A DNA stretch of 64,000 nucleotides, taken from the NCBI GenBank assembly GCA_964603935.1, contig CAZRWL010000001.1, forward strand, positions 2,306 to 66,305. The letters run 5' to 3'. The notes under the pieces are model-generated. The model was not told the origin of the DNA. It worked only from the letters and a program-made list of their open reading frames with translations, and made no database searches. The position numbers and the translations under genes are program-made. The stretch is from an uncultured Gammaproteobacteria bacterium. Lineage in GTDB: Bacteria; Patescibacteriota; Microgenomatia; Levybacterales; UBA12049. Of this stretch, positions 38,110-48,400 are shown one piece after another; within the stretch, counting starts at the first letter, position 1, and each line of letters starts with the position of its first letter.

Positions 38110-39387
38110 ATGTTAATTAAAAATTTTGATGCATTAAATTCCACTCCCCAAAGAAAAATCTGCCTGGAGCTCATAGAAGCAGCGCTTGAGTCAATTCAAC
38201 CCAAAAATGTAATTAAAAAAAATATTTCCTTAAAAGAAAGTGTTCTAAAAATTCAGGATAAAACTTTTAATTTAAAAGACTTTGATCGAGTTTTTCTTAT
38301 TGGTTTTGGAAAAGGATCTGCCGGTATTTCCAAAAGAATTGAAACCATACTTAAGGAAAAACTAACTGAAGGTTACATTATCGATACAACTTCTGAGGAA
38401 TTTGCAAAAATAAAATTTACTCAAGGCGCTCATCCATTGCCCTCCGAGACAAATCTTGACTTTACAAAAAAAATAATTCAACAATTTAACAACCTGACAA
38501 TTAAAGACTTAGCTATCGTTGTAATTGCCGGAGGCGGGTCCGTGCTGTTTGAAAATCCATATAAAATTAATCTTGAAAAATTGACTGAAGTAAATAATGC
38601 CTTACTTAAATCCGGAGCAAATATTATAGAAATGAATATCGTAAGACAACATTTGTCAGATGTTAAAGGAGGAGGTCTTGCTAAAATTCTATATCCGTCA
38701 ACAGTTGTAAGCTTAATTTTTTCTGATGTCCCAGGAAACGATATTTCCTATATTGCGTCCGGCCCGACAGTAAAAAATCATACAACAATTTCAGATGCCC
38801 TCGATATTCTCAAAAAATACAATCTTGAAAAGGAGTTGAATTTGCCGGCCGATTCATTTACGGAAAATCCAAAAGAAGATAAATATTTTGAAAAAGTTAA
38901 TAATTTAATAATCTTAAGCAATCAAACTGCACTGCAGACAATGAAGAAAAAGGGAGAAGAATTGGGATTTGCTGCCAGAATTTACTCGGATAAATTTGAA
39001 TCAGATGCCAAAACCGCAGGTAAAACATTAATTGACGCAGTAAATTCTGATGAAATTTTGCTAGTTGGCGGAGAAACAACTGTAAAAGTTTTGAATAAAG
39101 GAGGACAGGGAGGAAGAAATCAAGAGTTAGTTTTGGCTGCGCTTGCATCAATCGATGAAAGGACAACAATTGTTTCCTTTGATTCTGACGGATGGGATAA
39201 CTCTTCTTTCGCAGGAGCTATTGGAGATTTACTGACAATTCAAAAAGCTAAGGAATTAAACATTGTTCCCGATGTTTTCTCACAGGAAAATAACAGCTTT
39301 CTCTTCTTTGAAAAAACAGGCGACGGAATTATTACAGACCGCCTTCCCTCCAACGTGTCCGACCTCATGATTGTTCTGAAAAAATAA
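38110..39387 (+). CDS. Glycerate kinase (MOFRL/GckA family, glycerate 2-kinase)
   Basis: GFGKGSAG, AGGGSVLFENP, LVGGETTVKV and GGQGGRNQEL motifs of DUF4147 plus MOFRL. Confidence 0.7.
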   Translation: MLIKNFDALNSTPQRKICLELIEAALESIQPKNVIKKNISLKESVLKIQDKTFNLKDFDRVFLIGFGKGSAGISKRIETILKEKLTEGYIIDTTSEEFAKIKFTQGAHPLPSETNLDFTKKIIQQFNNLTIKDLAIVVIAGGGSVLFENPYKINLEKLTEVNNALLKSGANIIEMNIVRQHLSDVKGGGLAKILYPSTVVSLIFSDVPGNDISYIASGPTVKNHTTISDALDILKKYNLEKELNLPADSFTENPKEDKYFEKVNNLIILSNQTALQTMKKKGEELGFAARIYSDKFESDAKTAGKTLIDAVNSDEILLVGGETTVKVLNKGGQGGRNQELVLAALASIDERTTIVSFDSDGWDNSSFAGAIGDLLTIQKAKELNIVPDVFSQENNSFLFFEKTGDGIITDRLPSNVSDLMIVLKK

Positions 39388-39405
39388 TTCTGTTACTATA
39401 GATTA

Positions 39406-40248
39406 ATGATTGCAACTCCGGAAAAAATAAAAGATCTTGATCTTAAAGCAGATAAAATAAGACAGCTTATTATTGAAATGCTTTTGGAGGCAGGCTCGGG
39501 ACATTCGGCAGGACCCTTGGGAATGGCAGATATCTTTACTGCTTTTTATTTTCATATTCTAAACCATGATCCTAAAAACCCAAGTTTGCCTGACCGAGAC
39601 AGATTAGTTTTATCCAACGGACACATTTGTCCCGTTCAATATGCAGCTATGGCTTTAGCAGGATATTTCCCCATTGAGGAATTAAAAACTTTGCGAAAAA
39701 TAAATTCCCGGCTGCAAGGACATCCCCACAGAACCTCCCTTCCGGGAATTGAAACAACTTCCGGACCCCTTGGTGAAGGATTATCTCAAGCGATCGGAAT
39801 TGCCTTAGCCGGAAGACTGGATAATAAAAATTACAAAGTGTACTGCTTAACATCAGATGGCGAACATGAAGAAGGAAATACTTGGGAAGCGGTGATGTTT
39901 GCCGCGAAAAATAAGTTAAATAATTTAATTCAAGTTATAGACCGCAATTATATTCAAATTGATGGCAACACGGAAAATGTTATGCCTCTTGATCTCCTAA
40001 AAGCAAAATACGAATCATTTAATTGGAACGTTATTGAAGTAGACGGAAATGATATTAAGAGTTTTATTGAGGCAGTTGAAAAAGCAAAATTAGCAACAGA
40101 CAAACCCACCATTATAATTGCCAAAACAATTCCGGGAAAAGGAGTAAGCTTTATGGAAAATGATTATCATTGGCATGGCAAACCGCCAAACAAAGAAGAA
40201 GCAAAGAAAGCTCTCGAAGAGCTTCGTAGTTCAAAATTTAAAATTTAA
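39406..40248 (+). CDS. Transketolase, N-terminal (TPP-binding) subunit
   Basis: GSGHSAGPLGMADI, LSNGH and GEHEEGNTWEA motifs. Split tkt. Confidence 0.85.
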   Translation: MIATPEKIKDLDLKADKIRQLIIEMLLEAGSGHSAGPLGMADIFTAFYFHILNHDPKNPSLPDRDRLVLSNGHICPVQYAAMALAGYFPIEELKTLRKINSRLQGHPHRTSLPGIETTSGPLGEGLSQAIGIALAGRLDNKNYKVYCLTSDGEHEEGNTWEAVMFAAKNKLNNLIQVIDRNYIQIDGNTENVMPLDLLKAKYESFNWNVIEVDGNDIKSFIEAVEKAKLATDKPTIIIAKTIPGKGVSFMENDYHWHGKPPNKEEAKKALEELRSSKFKI

Positions 40249-40257
40249 AATTATACT

Positions 40258-41250
40258 ATGTTGAATCCTGATTTGAAACTTAACCAAAAATTATTTGATG
40301 CTGACGCAGAAATTAAACCTACCCGCGCAGGTTATGGAGAAGGACTTTTGGAGCTTGGCGGAAAAAATCCCAATATTGTTGCTCTTTGCGCTGATTTAAC
40401 AGAATCAACCTACGCTCATCTTTTTGCGGAGAAATATCCCGAAAGATTTTTCCAAGTCGGAGTTGCCGAGCAAAATATGGCTGCAATCGCAGCGGGTCTT
40501 GGAGTAAGCGGAAAAATTCCCTTTATTTCTTCGTACGCAACTTTTTCTCCGGGCAAAAACTGGGAAACTATCAGAACAACTATTGCCTATAACAACTCTA
40601 ATGTGAAAATTGCCGGACACCACGCAGGAATAATGACCGGTCCGGATGGCGCAACTCACCAGGCAACCGAGGACATTGCAAGCATCAGATCCTGGCCGAA
40701 TATAAAAATTCTTGCTCCTTGCGACAGTATTGAGGCAAAAAAAGCAACAATTGCAGCCGGAGAAACAAACGGCCCTGTTTATCTCAGATTCTCCAGAGAT
40801 AAAACTCCAATAATCACAACGCAGGATTCGCCTTTTGAAATAGGTAAGATTCAAATTTTTTGGACTAGTGATACTCCAATTGCAACAATTCTTGCAATGG
40901 GCTACATGCTCCATTACGCGCTGGTTGCTGCAAAGGAGTTAGAGCAAGAAGGAGTTAGAGTGCTGGTTGCAAATGCTTCAACTGTCAAACCTTTGGATGA
41001 AGAAGCTGTTTTTTCCCTTGCTAAAAGGACCGGCGCTTTTGTTACAGTTGAGGATCACCAGGTTATGGGCGGACTGGGAGGAACGATCGCAGAATATTTG
41101 GCTAAAAATGTTCCAACACCAATGGAATTTATCGGTCTTCAGGACACCTTTGCGGAATCAGGAAATCCAAAAGAATTAATTGAAAAGTATGGAATGGGAG
41201 TTCAGGCAATAAAACAAGCAGTGAAAAAAGTAATCGCCAGAAAAATATAA
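40258..41250 (+). CDS. Transketolase, C-terminal (pyrimidine-binding + C-terminal domain) subunit
   Basis: GVAEQNMAAIAAGL and PDGATHQATEDIA motifs. Confidence 0.85.
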   Translation: MLNPDLKLNQKLFDADAEIKPTRAGYGEGLLELGGKNPNIVALCADLTESTYAHLFAEKYPERFFQVGVAEQNMAAIAAGLGVSGKIPFISSYATFSPGKNWETIRTTIAYNNSNVKIAGHHAGIMTGPDGATHQATEDIASIRSWPNIKILAPCDSIEAKKATIAAGETNGPVYLRFSRDKTPIITTQDSPFEIGKIQIFWTSDTPIATILAMGYMLHYALVAAKELEQEGVRVLVANASTVKPLDEEAVFSLAKRTGAFVTVEDHQVMGGLGGTIAEYLAKNVPTPMEFIGLQDTFAESGNPKELIEKYGMGVQAIKQAVKKVIARKI

Positions 41251-41333
41251 TTTTCAATTTGAAATTTAAAATTTGAAATGAAAATTTAATTTTAAAAATT
41301 CAATGAAAATTAAAAATTGAAAATTTAAAATTA
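41251..41333. repeat. Degenerate A/T heptamer repeat tract (GAAATTT/GAAAATT-like units) in intergenic region
   Basis: ttttcaatttgaaatttaaaatttgaaatgaaaatttaattttaaaaattcaatgaaaattaaaaattgaaaatttaaaatt. Confidence 0.6.
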
Positions 41334-42986
41334 ATGGAAAATAATCTTATTGATCAAATCAAAACCATAATCAAAGGGGATGTCTTAGGAGATGAAAAAA
41401 CTCTTCAGGAATATTCCCATGATGCCAGTCTTTTTGAAGTAAAACCCCAAGCAGTCGTCTTCCCAAAAGACGTGGAGGATATAAAAAAACTGGTTAAATT
41501 TGTATCGGAAAATAAGAAAAGCAATCCCTCGCTTTCTCTAACCGGAAGATCTGCGGGAACAGATATGGGAGGAGGGTCTATCAATGATTCTATCATTGTG
41601 GAATTTAATAAATATTTTAATCATACCCCGCAAATAAACGGTACTGTTGCCACAACAGAACCCGGTGTTTTTTATCGGGATTTTGAAAAAGAAACATTAA
41701 AACACAACCTTATTTTTCCTTCTTATCCTGCGTCCAGAGAAATCTGCGCAATGGGCGGAATTTTGAATAATAATTCCGGCGGAGAAAAATCACTGCAATA
41801 TGGAAAAACAGAAAAATACATTGAGGCAATGAAAGTTGTATTAAGTGATGGAAATATTTACGAGTTCAAAAAACTCTCAGAACAGGAGCTCCAAGAAAAA
41901 ATATCGCTCAAAACATTTGAAGGCAAAATTTACAGAAAGATATATAAACTCATTATTGATAACCAAGATAAGATTAGCAAAGCCAAACCTAATGTTTCTA
42001 AAAATTCCGCAGGATACTATCTATGGAATGTTTACGACAGGGAGAAGAAAACTTTTGACCTAACGCAGTTATTTGTCGGAGCACAAGGGACATTAGGACT
42101 TCTGACGGAAGCAAAGGTTAAGCTTGTCCCCGTACCCATACACCGGGAGATGGAAATTATTTTCCTGCGCGATCTTGCACATTTAGGAGAGATTATTGAT
42201 GCAGCCTTATCTTTGCAGCCGGAAAGTTTTGAGTCATATGACGATAACACGCTAAAACTGTCTCTGAGATATTTCCCTGAATTCGCTCACCAGCTGGGCA
42301 TTGCCGGACTTATCCAGGCAGGCATAGCGTTTCTGCCGGCATTTTTACAAATGCTTATCGGCAGACTTCCAAAATTGGTTCTGCAAATTGATTTTGCCGG
42401 AAATGATCTTAGCGAACTTAAGAAAAAAATAGATACTCTGCATGCAAAGCTTAAACCCTTTCACCCTCAAACACGTATCGCAATTGACGATCAGGAAAAA
42501 AAATATTGGCTGGTCAGACGGGAAAGTTTTAATTTGCTGCGCAAAAAAATCAGAAACAAACACACCGCGCCTTTTATTGATGATTTCGTAATCAACCCGC
42601 ATCAAATTGCAGAAGTCATTCCAAAAGTAACTTCAATTTTGAAAAAATATCCGGAATTTATTTTCACTGTGGCAGGTCATGTCGGCAATGGAAATTTCCA
42701 TATTATTCCATTGGCTGATATTACAAACAAAAAAGTACGTCAGGCCATCCCAATTATTGCCGACAAGACTTACGATATTATTGCCGAATATAAAGGTTCT
42801 ATAACCGGAGAGCATAATGATGGACTTATCCGTACCCCCTATTTGAAACAAATGTATGGCGAAAAAATAATAAAAATTTTCGAAGAGGTTAAAAATATTT
42901 TCGATCCCCAAAACATCTTTAATCCCAGAAAAAAAGTTTTTGGAGATTTGGATTTCGCCCTAAACCACATCAGAGAAAATTGGTAA
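41334..42986 (+). CDS. FAD-linked oxidase (GlcD/D-lactate dehydrogenase family)
   Basis: FAD-binding PCMH-type N-terminus (LTGRSAGTDMGGGS) and a C-terminal FAD-oxidase domain. Confidence 0.6.
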   Translation: MENNLIDQIKTIIKGDVLGDEKTLQEYSHDASLFEVKPQAVVFPKDVEDIKKLVKFVSENKKSNPSLSLTGRSAGTDMGGGSINDSIIVEFNKYFNHTPQINGTVATTEPGVFYRDFEKETLKHNLIFPSYPASREICAMGGILNNNSGGEKSLQYGKTEKYIEAMKVVLSDGNIYEFKKLSEQELQEKISLKTFEGKIYRKIYKLIIDNQDKISKAKPNVSKNSAGYYLWNVYDREKKTFDLTQLFVGAQGTLGLLTEAKVKLVPVPIHREMEIIFLRDLAHLGEIIDAALSLQPESFESYDDNTLKLSLRYFPEFAHQLGIAGLIQAGIAFLPAFLQMLIGRLPKLVLQIDFAGNDLSELKKKIDTLHAKLKPFHPQTRIAIDDQEKKYWLVRRESFNLLRKKIRNKHTAPFIDDFVINPHQIAEVIPKVTSILKKYPEFIFTVAGHVGNGNFHIIPLADITNKKVRQAIPIIADKTYDIIAEYKGSITGEHNDGLIRTPYLKQMYGEKIIKIFEEVKNIFDPQNIFNPRKKVFGDLDFALNHIRENW

Positions 42987-43607
42987 CTAAACTTCCTTAG
43001 TTTTTCTTCTTTTCGCGTAAAGTATGTAGGGAATAATGCTTAATAAATTGGTGATTGCCACCAGATAAAATAAAAATGCAAATCCATATCTGTTCGCTAC
43101 AAATCCTCCGATTGTTGCAGACATGGCCATTCCCATAAATACGAATCCGTCATAGATGCTCCATTCCGCTACTTCTTTGTCTTTATCAAGATGCGTTGAA
43201 AAAAGAGAATTTTTTGCAGGCGAAGCAATTCCCAATCCCATACCAATAACACCATAAAAAACAAATACCGAGGAAACATTTTTTGTCAGGGCAAAACCCA
43301 GATACCCAAGACTGACAAGAAAAATCCCGATAATTGATACTGCAAATTTCTGTATATCTTTTGACTTGGCTAAATACCTTCCGCTAACCAACTCGAAAAT
43401 AACTCTTACGATAAGGTAGGCGCTGAAAGATGATGCGGCAATTTCGGTATTTCCTCCGGATATTTCAGTGGCGGCAAAAATAGCAAAAATCGGAGTGATT
43501 GCATTCCATGAAGACCAGAGAAATATCTCGGAAATAATAAATGCCTTCACGATGGAATTCATGTGGAAATCCGAAGGCTTTCTTCCGATAAAAATTTCTT
43601 TTATCAT
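42987..43607 (-). CDS. Six-TM membrane protein, MFS-half-like
   Basis: 206 aa with 6 TM helices and a basic C-terminus. Confidence 0.3.
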   Translation of the reverse strand: MIKEIFIGRKPSDFHMNSIVKAFIISEIFLWSSWNAITPIFAIFAATEISGGNTEIAASSFSAYLIVRVIFELVSGRYLAKSKDIQKFAVSIIGIFLVSLGYLGFALTKNVSSVFVFYGVIGMGLGIASPAKNSLFSTHLDKDKEVAEWSIYDGFVFMGMAMSATIGGFVANRYGFAFLFYLVAITNLLSIIPYILYAKRRKTKEV

Positions 43608-43677
43608 TTGCTAGAATTAGCATATCACAAAATTCCAAAAAATATTCATTTTTGATAAGATAAGCCAGAGAAAACAA

Positions 43678-44451
43678 ATGAAACTTATATCTTTAAATAT
43701 TTGGGGAGGCAAAATCTATAAACCTCTTTTGGATTTTATTCAAATGCAGTCGCAAACAACTGATATTTTTTGCTTTCAGGAAGTTTTCCAAAACAATGCC
43801 GGCATAGCGGAAAGTTCCGGATATAAAACGGATATTTTAAGCGATCTTGCCTATACTCTGAACGACTTTCAGGAATATTTCGCTAAAACTTTTACAGGTT
43901 ACGACATGATAAAACTTGTTGATTTTGAACTTAATTTTGGCTTGGCAATGTTTGTAAAAAAATACATCAAAGTTTTGTCTTACGATAAGACATTGATTCA
44001 CAAGGCAGAAGGAGGAGTAAGAAGAAGAAAGGGTTATTTTGAAACTTCAAGAAGTATCCAAACCATACAATTTCAACAAAACAATAAAATATTCAATGTG
44101 TATAATCTGCATGGGCTATGGGTTCCCGATTCTTTAGGTAAAAGAGACAATGAAGAAAGAATTCAGCAGTCAAAAAGAATAGAGGATTTTATGCAAAAAC
44201 AAGCAGGCTTAAAAATTATGGCCGGAGATTTTAATTTGGATCCGGATACCCAAAGCCTAAAAATATTAGAAAAAAATTTAAAAAATTTAGTTAAAGAGTA
44301 TAATATTCCGACAACGAGAAGTAGTCTCTATACGAGAGGCCATAAATTTGCGGATTATATTTTGGTTTCGCAGGGAATTAAAGTAATTGACTTTCAAGTT
44401 CCAAATACTTCTGTTTCCGACCACCTCCCAATGATTCTGGAATTTACTTAG
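43678..44451 (+). CDS. Endonuclease/exonuclease/phosphatase (EEP) family protein
   Basis: MKLISLNIWGG N-terminus and a C-terminal SDHLP motif. Confidence 0.55.
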   Translation: MKLISLNIWGGKIYKPLLDFIQMQSQTTDIFCFQEVFQNNAGIAESSGYKTDILSDLAYTLNDFQEYFAKTFTGYDMIKLVDFELNFGLAMFVKKYIKVLSYDKTLIHKAEGGVRRRKGYFETSRSIQTIQFQQNNKIFNVYNLHGLWVPDSLGKRDNEERIQQSKRIEDFMQKQAGLKIMAGDFNLDPDTQSLKILEKNLKNLVKEYNIPTTRSSLYTRGHKFADYILVSQGIKVIDFQVPNTSVSDHLPMILEFT

Positions 44452-44484
44452 CAATTCCAGGCAAAATGTAGTATAATTTCAGAT

Positions 44485-45156
44485 ATGATTCCCAGTATTT
44501 TGGTGGTTGATGACGATGAAGGAATTCGCGAATATTTAAAAGATATTCTCACAGAAAACGGCTATTCCGTAAGAGTTGTCGCAGACGGAATAAGCGCTCT
44601 GAAGACGATAAAAAAATCCCAGCCTGATTTGATAATCCTTGATCTTAATCTTCCCGACATGAGCGGAGAAGGAGTTTGTCTTGAAGTAAGGAAAGACTAC
44701 CCATCTTTGCCTATCATCATGCTCACAGCCAAGGACGATATCAAGGACAAGGTCGAGGGGCTGAAAATGGGAGCGGATGATTATATCACCAAACCTTTTA
44801 TCGCAGACGAATTTATCGCGCGGGTTAAAGCAAGATTAAGAAACAATACTCAAGGAAAGTCTAATTTAAAAGTTGCGGATTTAGAGCTTGATAATAAAAA
44901 ATTCCAGGTAACCCGCGCAGGCAAGATTATTAATTTTACCCCGCAAGAATTCCGGCTGCTGGAATACCTTATGCTGAATAAAGGCGTTGTTCTGACAAGG
45001 GAAATGATTTTGAACAGAATTTGGCTTTATTCTCCCGACATAGAAAGCAGAGTTGTTGACGTATATATCGGATACTTAAGGAAGAAGATAGATAGCGGTC
45101 ATAACCAAAAGCTCGTCCATTCCGTCAGGGGATTTGGATATACTATAAAAGACTAG
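44485..45156 (+). CDS. OmpR-family two-component response regulator
   Basis: Receiver domain (VVDDDEGI .. DLIILDLNLPDMSG .. MLTAKDD..K) plus a winged-helix trans_reg_C domain. Confidence 0.85.
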   Translation: MIPSILVVDDDEGIREYLKDILTENGYSVRVVADGISALKTIKKSQPDLIILDLNLPDMSGEGVCLEVRKDYPSLPIIMLTAKDDIKDKVEGLKMGADDYITKPFIADEFIARVKARLRNNTQGKSNLKVADLELDNKKFQVTRAGKIINFTPQEFRLLEYLMLNKGVVLTREMILNRIWLYSPDIESRVVDVYIGYLRKKIDSGHNQKLVHSVRGFGYTIKD

Positions 45157-45460
45157 CTGATCTGAAAATATTGTAAAAATCCCAGACGAAAGTTTTCCTG
45201 AGAAATACCTTTACGGCATAAATTATTTCCATTCGTATCACCTCTTTTCTAAGGAAGGGTAAAGTTATGATCTGAAAGTAAAAGTTTTCTAGGGGAGAAC
45301 GCAATTTTTGTCTCGGCCCTGATCCTTACTTTCTAATCCTTAACCTTACCCTCCTTCTTTACTAAATCCTATGCCCTGCCTCTCTAACCTGTCTTATCTA
45401 CAATTAAATAATACATTCGCAAAATAAGAATGGATATCGAAAAATGGTAAGAAATTTGTA

Positions 45461-45472
45461 AAACCGGTTTTA
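45461..45472 (-). terminator. Possible terminator hairpin AAAACCGGTTTT downstream of giant gene
   Basis: 12-bp palindrome, 10 bp after the minus-strand stop at 45482. Confidence 0.3.
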
Positions 45473-45481
45473 TTGAAGATT

Positions 45482-48400
45482 TTAGAAATTCAGCTTATGC
45501 AGTTTCCTGTAGAATAGCTCTCTGTTCAAGACTAGGACTGATGTGATCATCAAGACAATCAGGATAAGCATAATGTTCTTAGCAGGAAAACCTTTAGCTG
45601 TTTGAGTCTTGCCTTGAGGTGTTTCTTTTTCCTGAGTTGCCCCTAGAACTTCTTTTTCATTCTGACCTATTTGATCTAATTGAGTAATTAAGTTATCATC
45701 TGCTAAATCAGAAATAGTATTGCTGTTTCCCTCCCCATTTGCCGTAACTGTGGAAGTTGTATTTGAAGAAGCAGACGACAGAGTGGGAGTGGGAGTTGGA
45801 GCAGCAGTTACAACAACAGGAGCAACGGTTTGAGTAGTAGCTATATAATAGGAAGCTTTGGTTGCCTGAAACGTGCATGTCCCATCCGCAACAACACATT
45901 TGTGAGGCGGGAGAATGCCGTCATTTGTCCAGTTGTCCGTACCTGTTCTTGAGCGCAAAACACTGAGCGTTTGACCGTTAAGAGCGGTTCCTACAAAAAT
46001 ATTTAATGTGATGGGATTGCTGAACGAAAGTCCATGATTTGGAATACCCCATTGCAGCTTGCCGTTAACCACTATCCCCTCGCCTACTCCTGTTATAGAG
46101 TCGCTTGTAGGTTCAATCGCTGTGAGAGCGGCAATATCCAGATTGCTTCCGTCGATCTTGGTAATTTCTGTTCCGTCAGGCACTGTTACGAAACTTGTTC
46201 CTCCGTTAACAGTAACGTTAACAACAGATGTTCCTAAGGAAATTACTTTGGAAGTGATTGTCTCTCCGTTTAGGGGAGCAAATTTACCCTGTCCGTCAAT
46301 ACTTTTGAAAACCGCATTGCCAAAGCTTAATCCTTCGATTTGGTCTCCTCCGGAAATGGTAACAGCGTGCTTCCCATTTCCTCCTCTTGGCGTGGATAAT
46401 TCCCAGTTGCTTTGCAGAATTTCCCTGACATTGTATGATCCGGGAATTAAATCGGAGAATTGATAGTTACCAAATGCATCGGTTACGGTTGAGAATTCCC
46501 CTGTATCCAATATACTATTGTCGTTGGCATCCAGGAAAATCGTCCAGCCGGAAAGCGCTAATTCATTTACATCTTTGACCCGATTTATATTTGCATCCTG
46601 AAAGACTATTCCGCTAATTGCGCCTTTCTTGTCTTCATCAGGCACAACTACGTCCAAAGGAGCAGTTACCGTAATAGCTGCAGCTATGGGACTTATTCTT
46701 TTGGCAGGACCAAAACTATACGCCCGCAGGAAAACCTGATGCGAGGGGTGCGAGGTATAAGTTTGATTTTGGTCAACAAAAGGAGATGTTTGATTTATGT
46801 GTTCGCGGATATCATCCGAAGTTCCCATAATCCCGTCAGGTCCGGGTAAATTGGTTGCGCGGGTTAAGACCATGAAGTTGGAATGGCTTAACGGATTGAA
46901 AAGAGGATCATCCGGCATAAGAGGTACGAACACTGTGCCGCTTTTTCCCTTGTTAACCAGGTCAAGACCATGATCAAAAAACTGGCCGAATAGAATAAAC
47001 CATGAATTGAATGATGCGGACAAACCCATATCCGGAGCAACATTTGGAATAAATAGAGTGCCTGCAAAAGGATCGGGCAAGGTAAGTTCTCCTGCGGCGG
47101 CAACAGCTGCGGGATTGCTTGGGGTTTGATCAACAATCAAATTGCTGATCAAACGCGGTTTGGAATCAAACACAAAACCATTGGTTTGAGCGTAAGATGT
47201 TAAGTCCCCTACCTTTAACGGTCCCGGCCCATCCAGGTCAATACTAACTATTTCTCCCTCTCTAAATATCGGAGTTGTCAAACGGGGGAATATCCGGTCT
47301 GCTGCGCCAAAACTTGATTGGCCGGGCACAATATTATTCCATGATCCGTCAATCGTACGAAGACCCCAAGGCAAAGTATCTTTGGGGATTAGATTCAATA
47401 ACGGTGTGCCCGCCGCATGAGCTTCCGCAATCCTGATTTGGTCTAAAATGAATTGCAGGTCAGATCTTATCAGGGTCAGTCCTGATCCGCCAAGGAAACT
47501 GCTGCCTGCAGATATTGCCAAAATACCCTTAAGCTTCGGAGATTCTACTTTGTTAAGACCATGCTCCAGATCTATTGTCTGATCGGCAAACTGTAATTTT
47601 TCAATGTTGCGGATTGTGTCTATGCCATTGTTTTCTTTGCCCCCATTGTCAGCTCTATTATCGGTTACTGTTATTCTGCCCTGAGCATCAGGCAAGCTAA
47701 TAGTATAGTCGGCAAAATTACCTGAAAATACGGCTGTGTCAATATCATTTTCGGCAGTACCCGATACCAATATTTCACGGATTATTCTGATTTGACCCGG
47801 ATTTATTTTGCCTTCAAAGATCGCTTCCTGAAGCTCTGTCATGCTGTCAGCAGTCAGAATTTCAATGCCGGGATCATTGCTGTCTCTTACGCTAAGACGC
47901 GCATTAAGCCATGCGTCCCCGTCTATAAGATCGTTTCCGCCGCGTCCCTCAATAATATCGTTTCCGCCCCCGCCCAGAATAATATTACCGCCGGAAAAAG
48001 AGGTAATATCGTCTCCAAGCAAACTTTGCAAACCGTCAATCAGCGCAATTTGACCTGCATTATTTAATGAATTGTTTTGGCCGGAGTTACCGTCAATTTT
48101 TGAGAGTTCAATGCTGCCAAGATTGTCTCCCCGCAGAATGTCGTTGAATTGTCCGCCTGATAAACCTTCGACCGAATCGAAGCGGTCGCGAAGAGTATCT
48201 ACTTCCGGCAACATTAAGCCTTTGAAAAACATATCCGCGTTAGCCGGCTGAGGATCATTTTTATAAGTAACCCAGTCAAAACCCTGCATGCCTTCATTGC
48301 GTTCAATACCCGGATCGGAAAGCATAATGTCATCTCCTGATTCGGAGTCGTAATCGTCGTCTCCTCCGCCACCTATAATAACATCATTGCCGATAGTTGA

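Noticed and set aside
41251-41333. Possible CRISPR array or other spaced repeats in the A/T-rich region with repeated gaaaatt/gaaattt units
   Set aside because: The units are 7-8 bp, degenerate, and lack unique spacers. This is the same simple heptamer family seen elsewhere, not a CRISPR. No cas genes are in the window.
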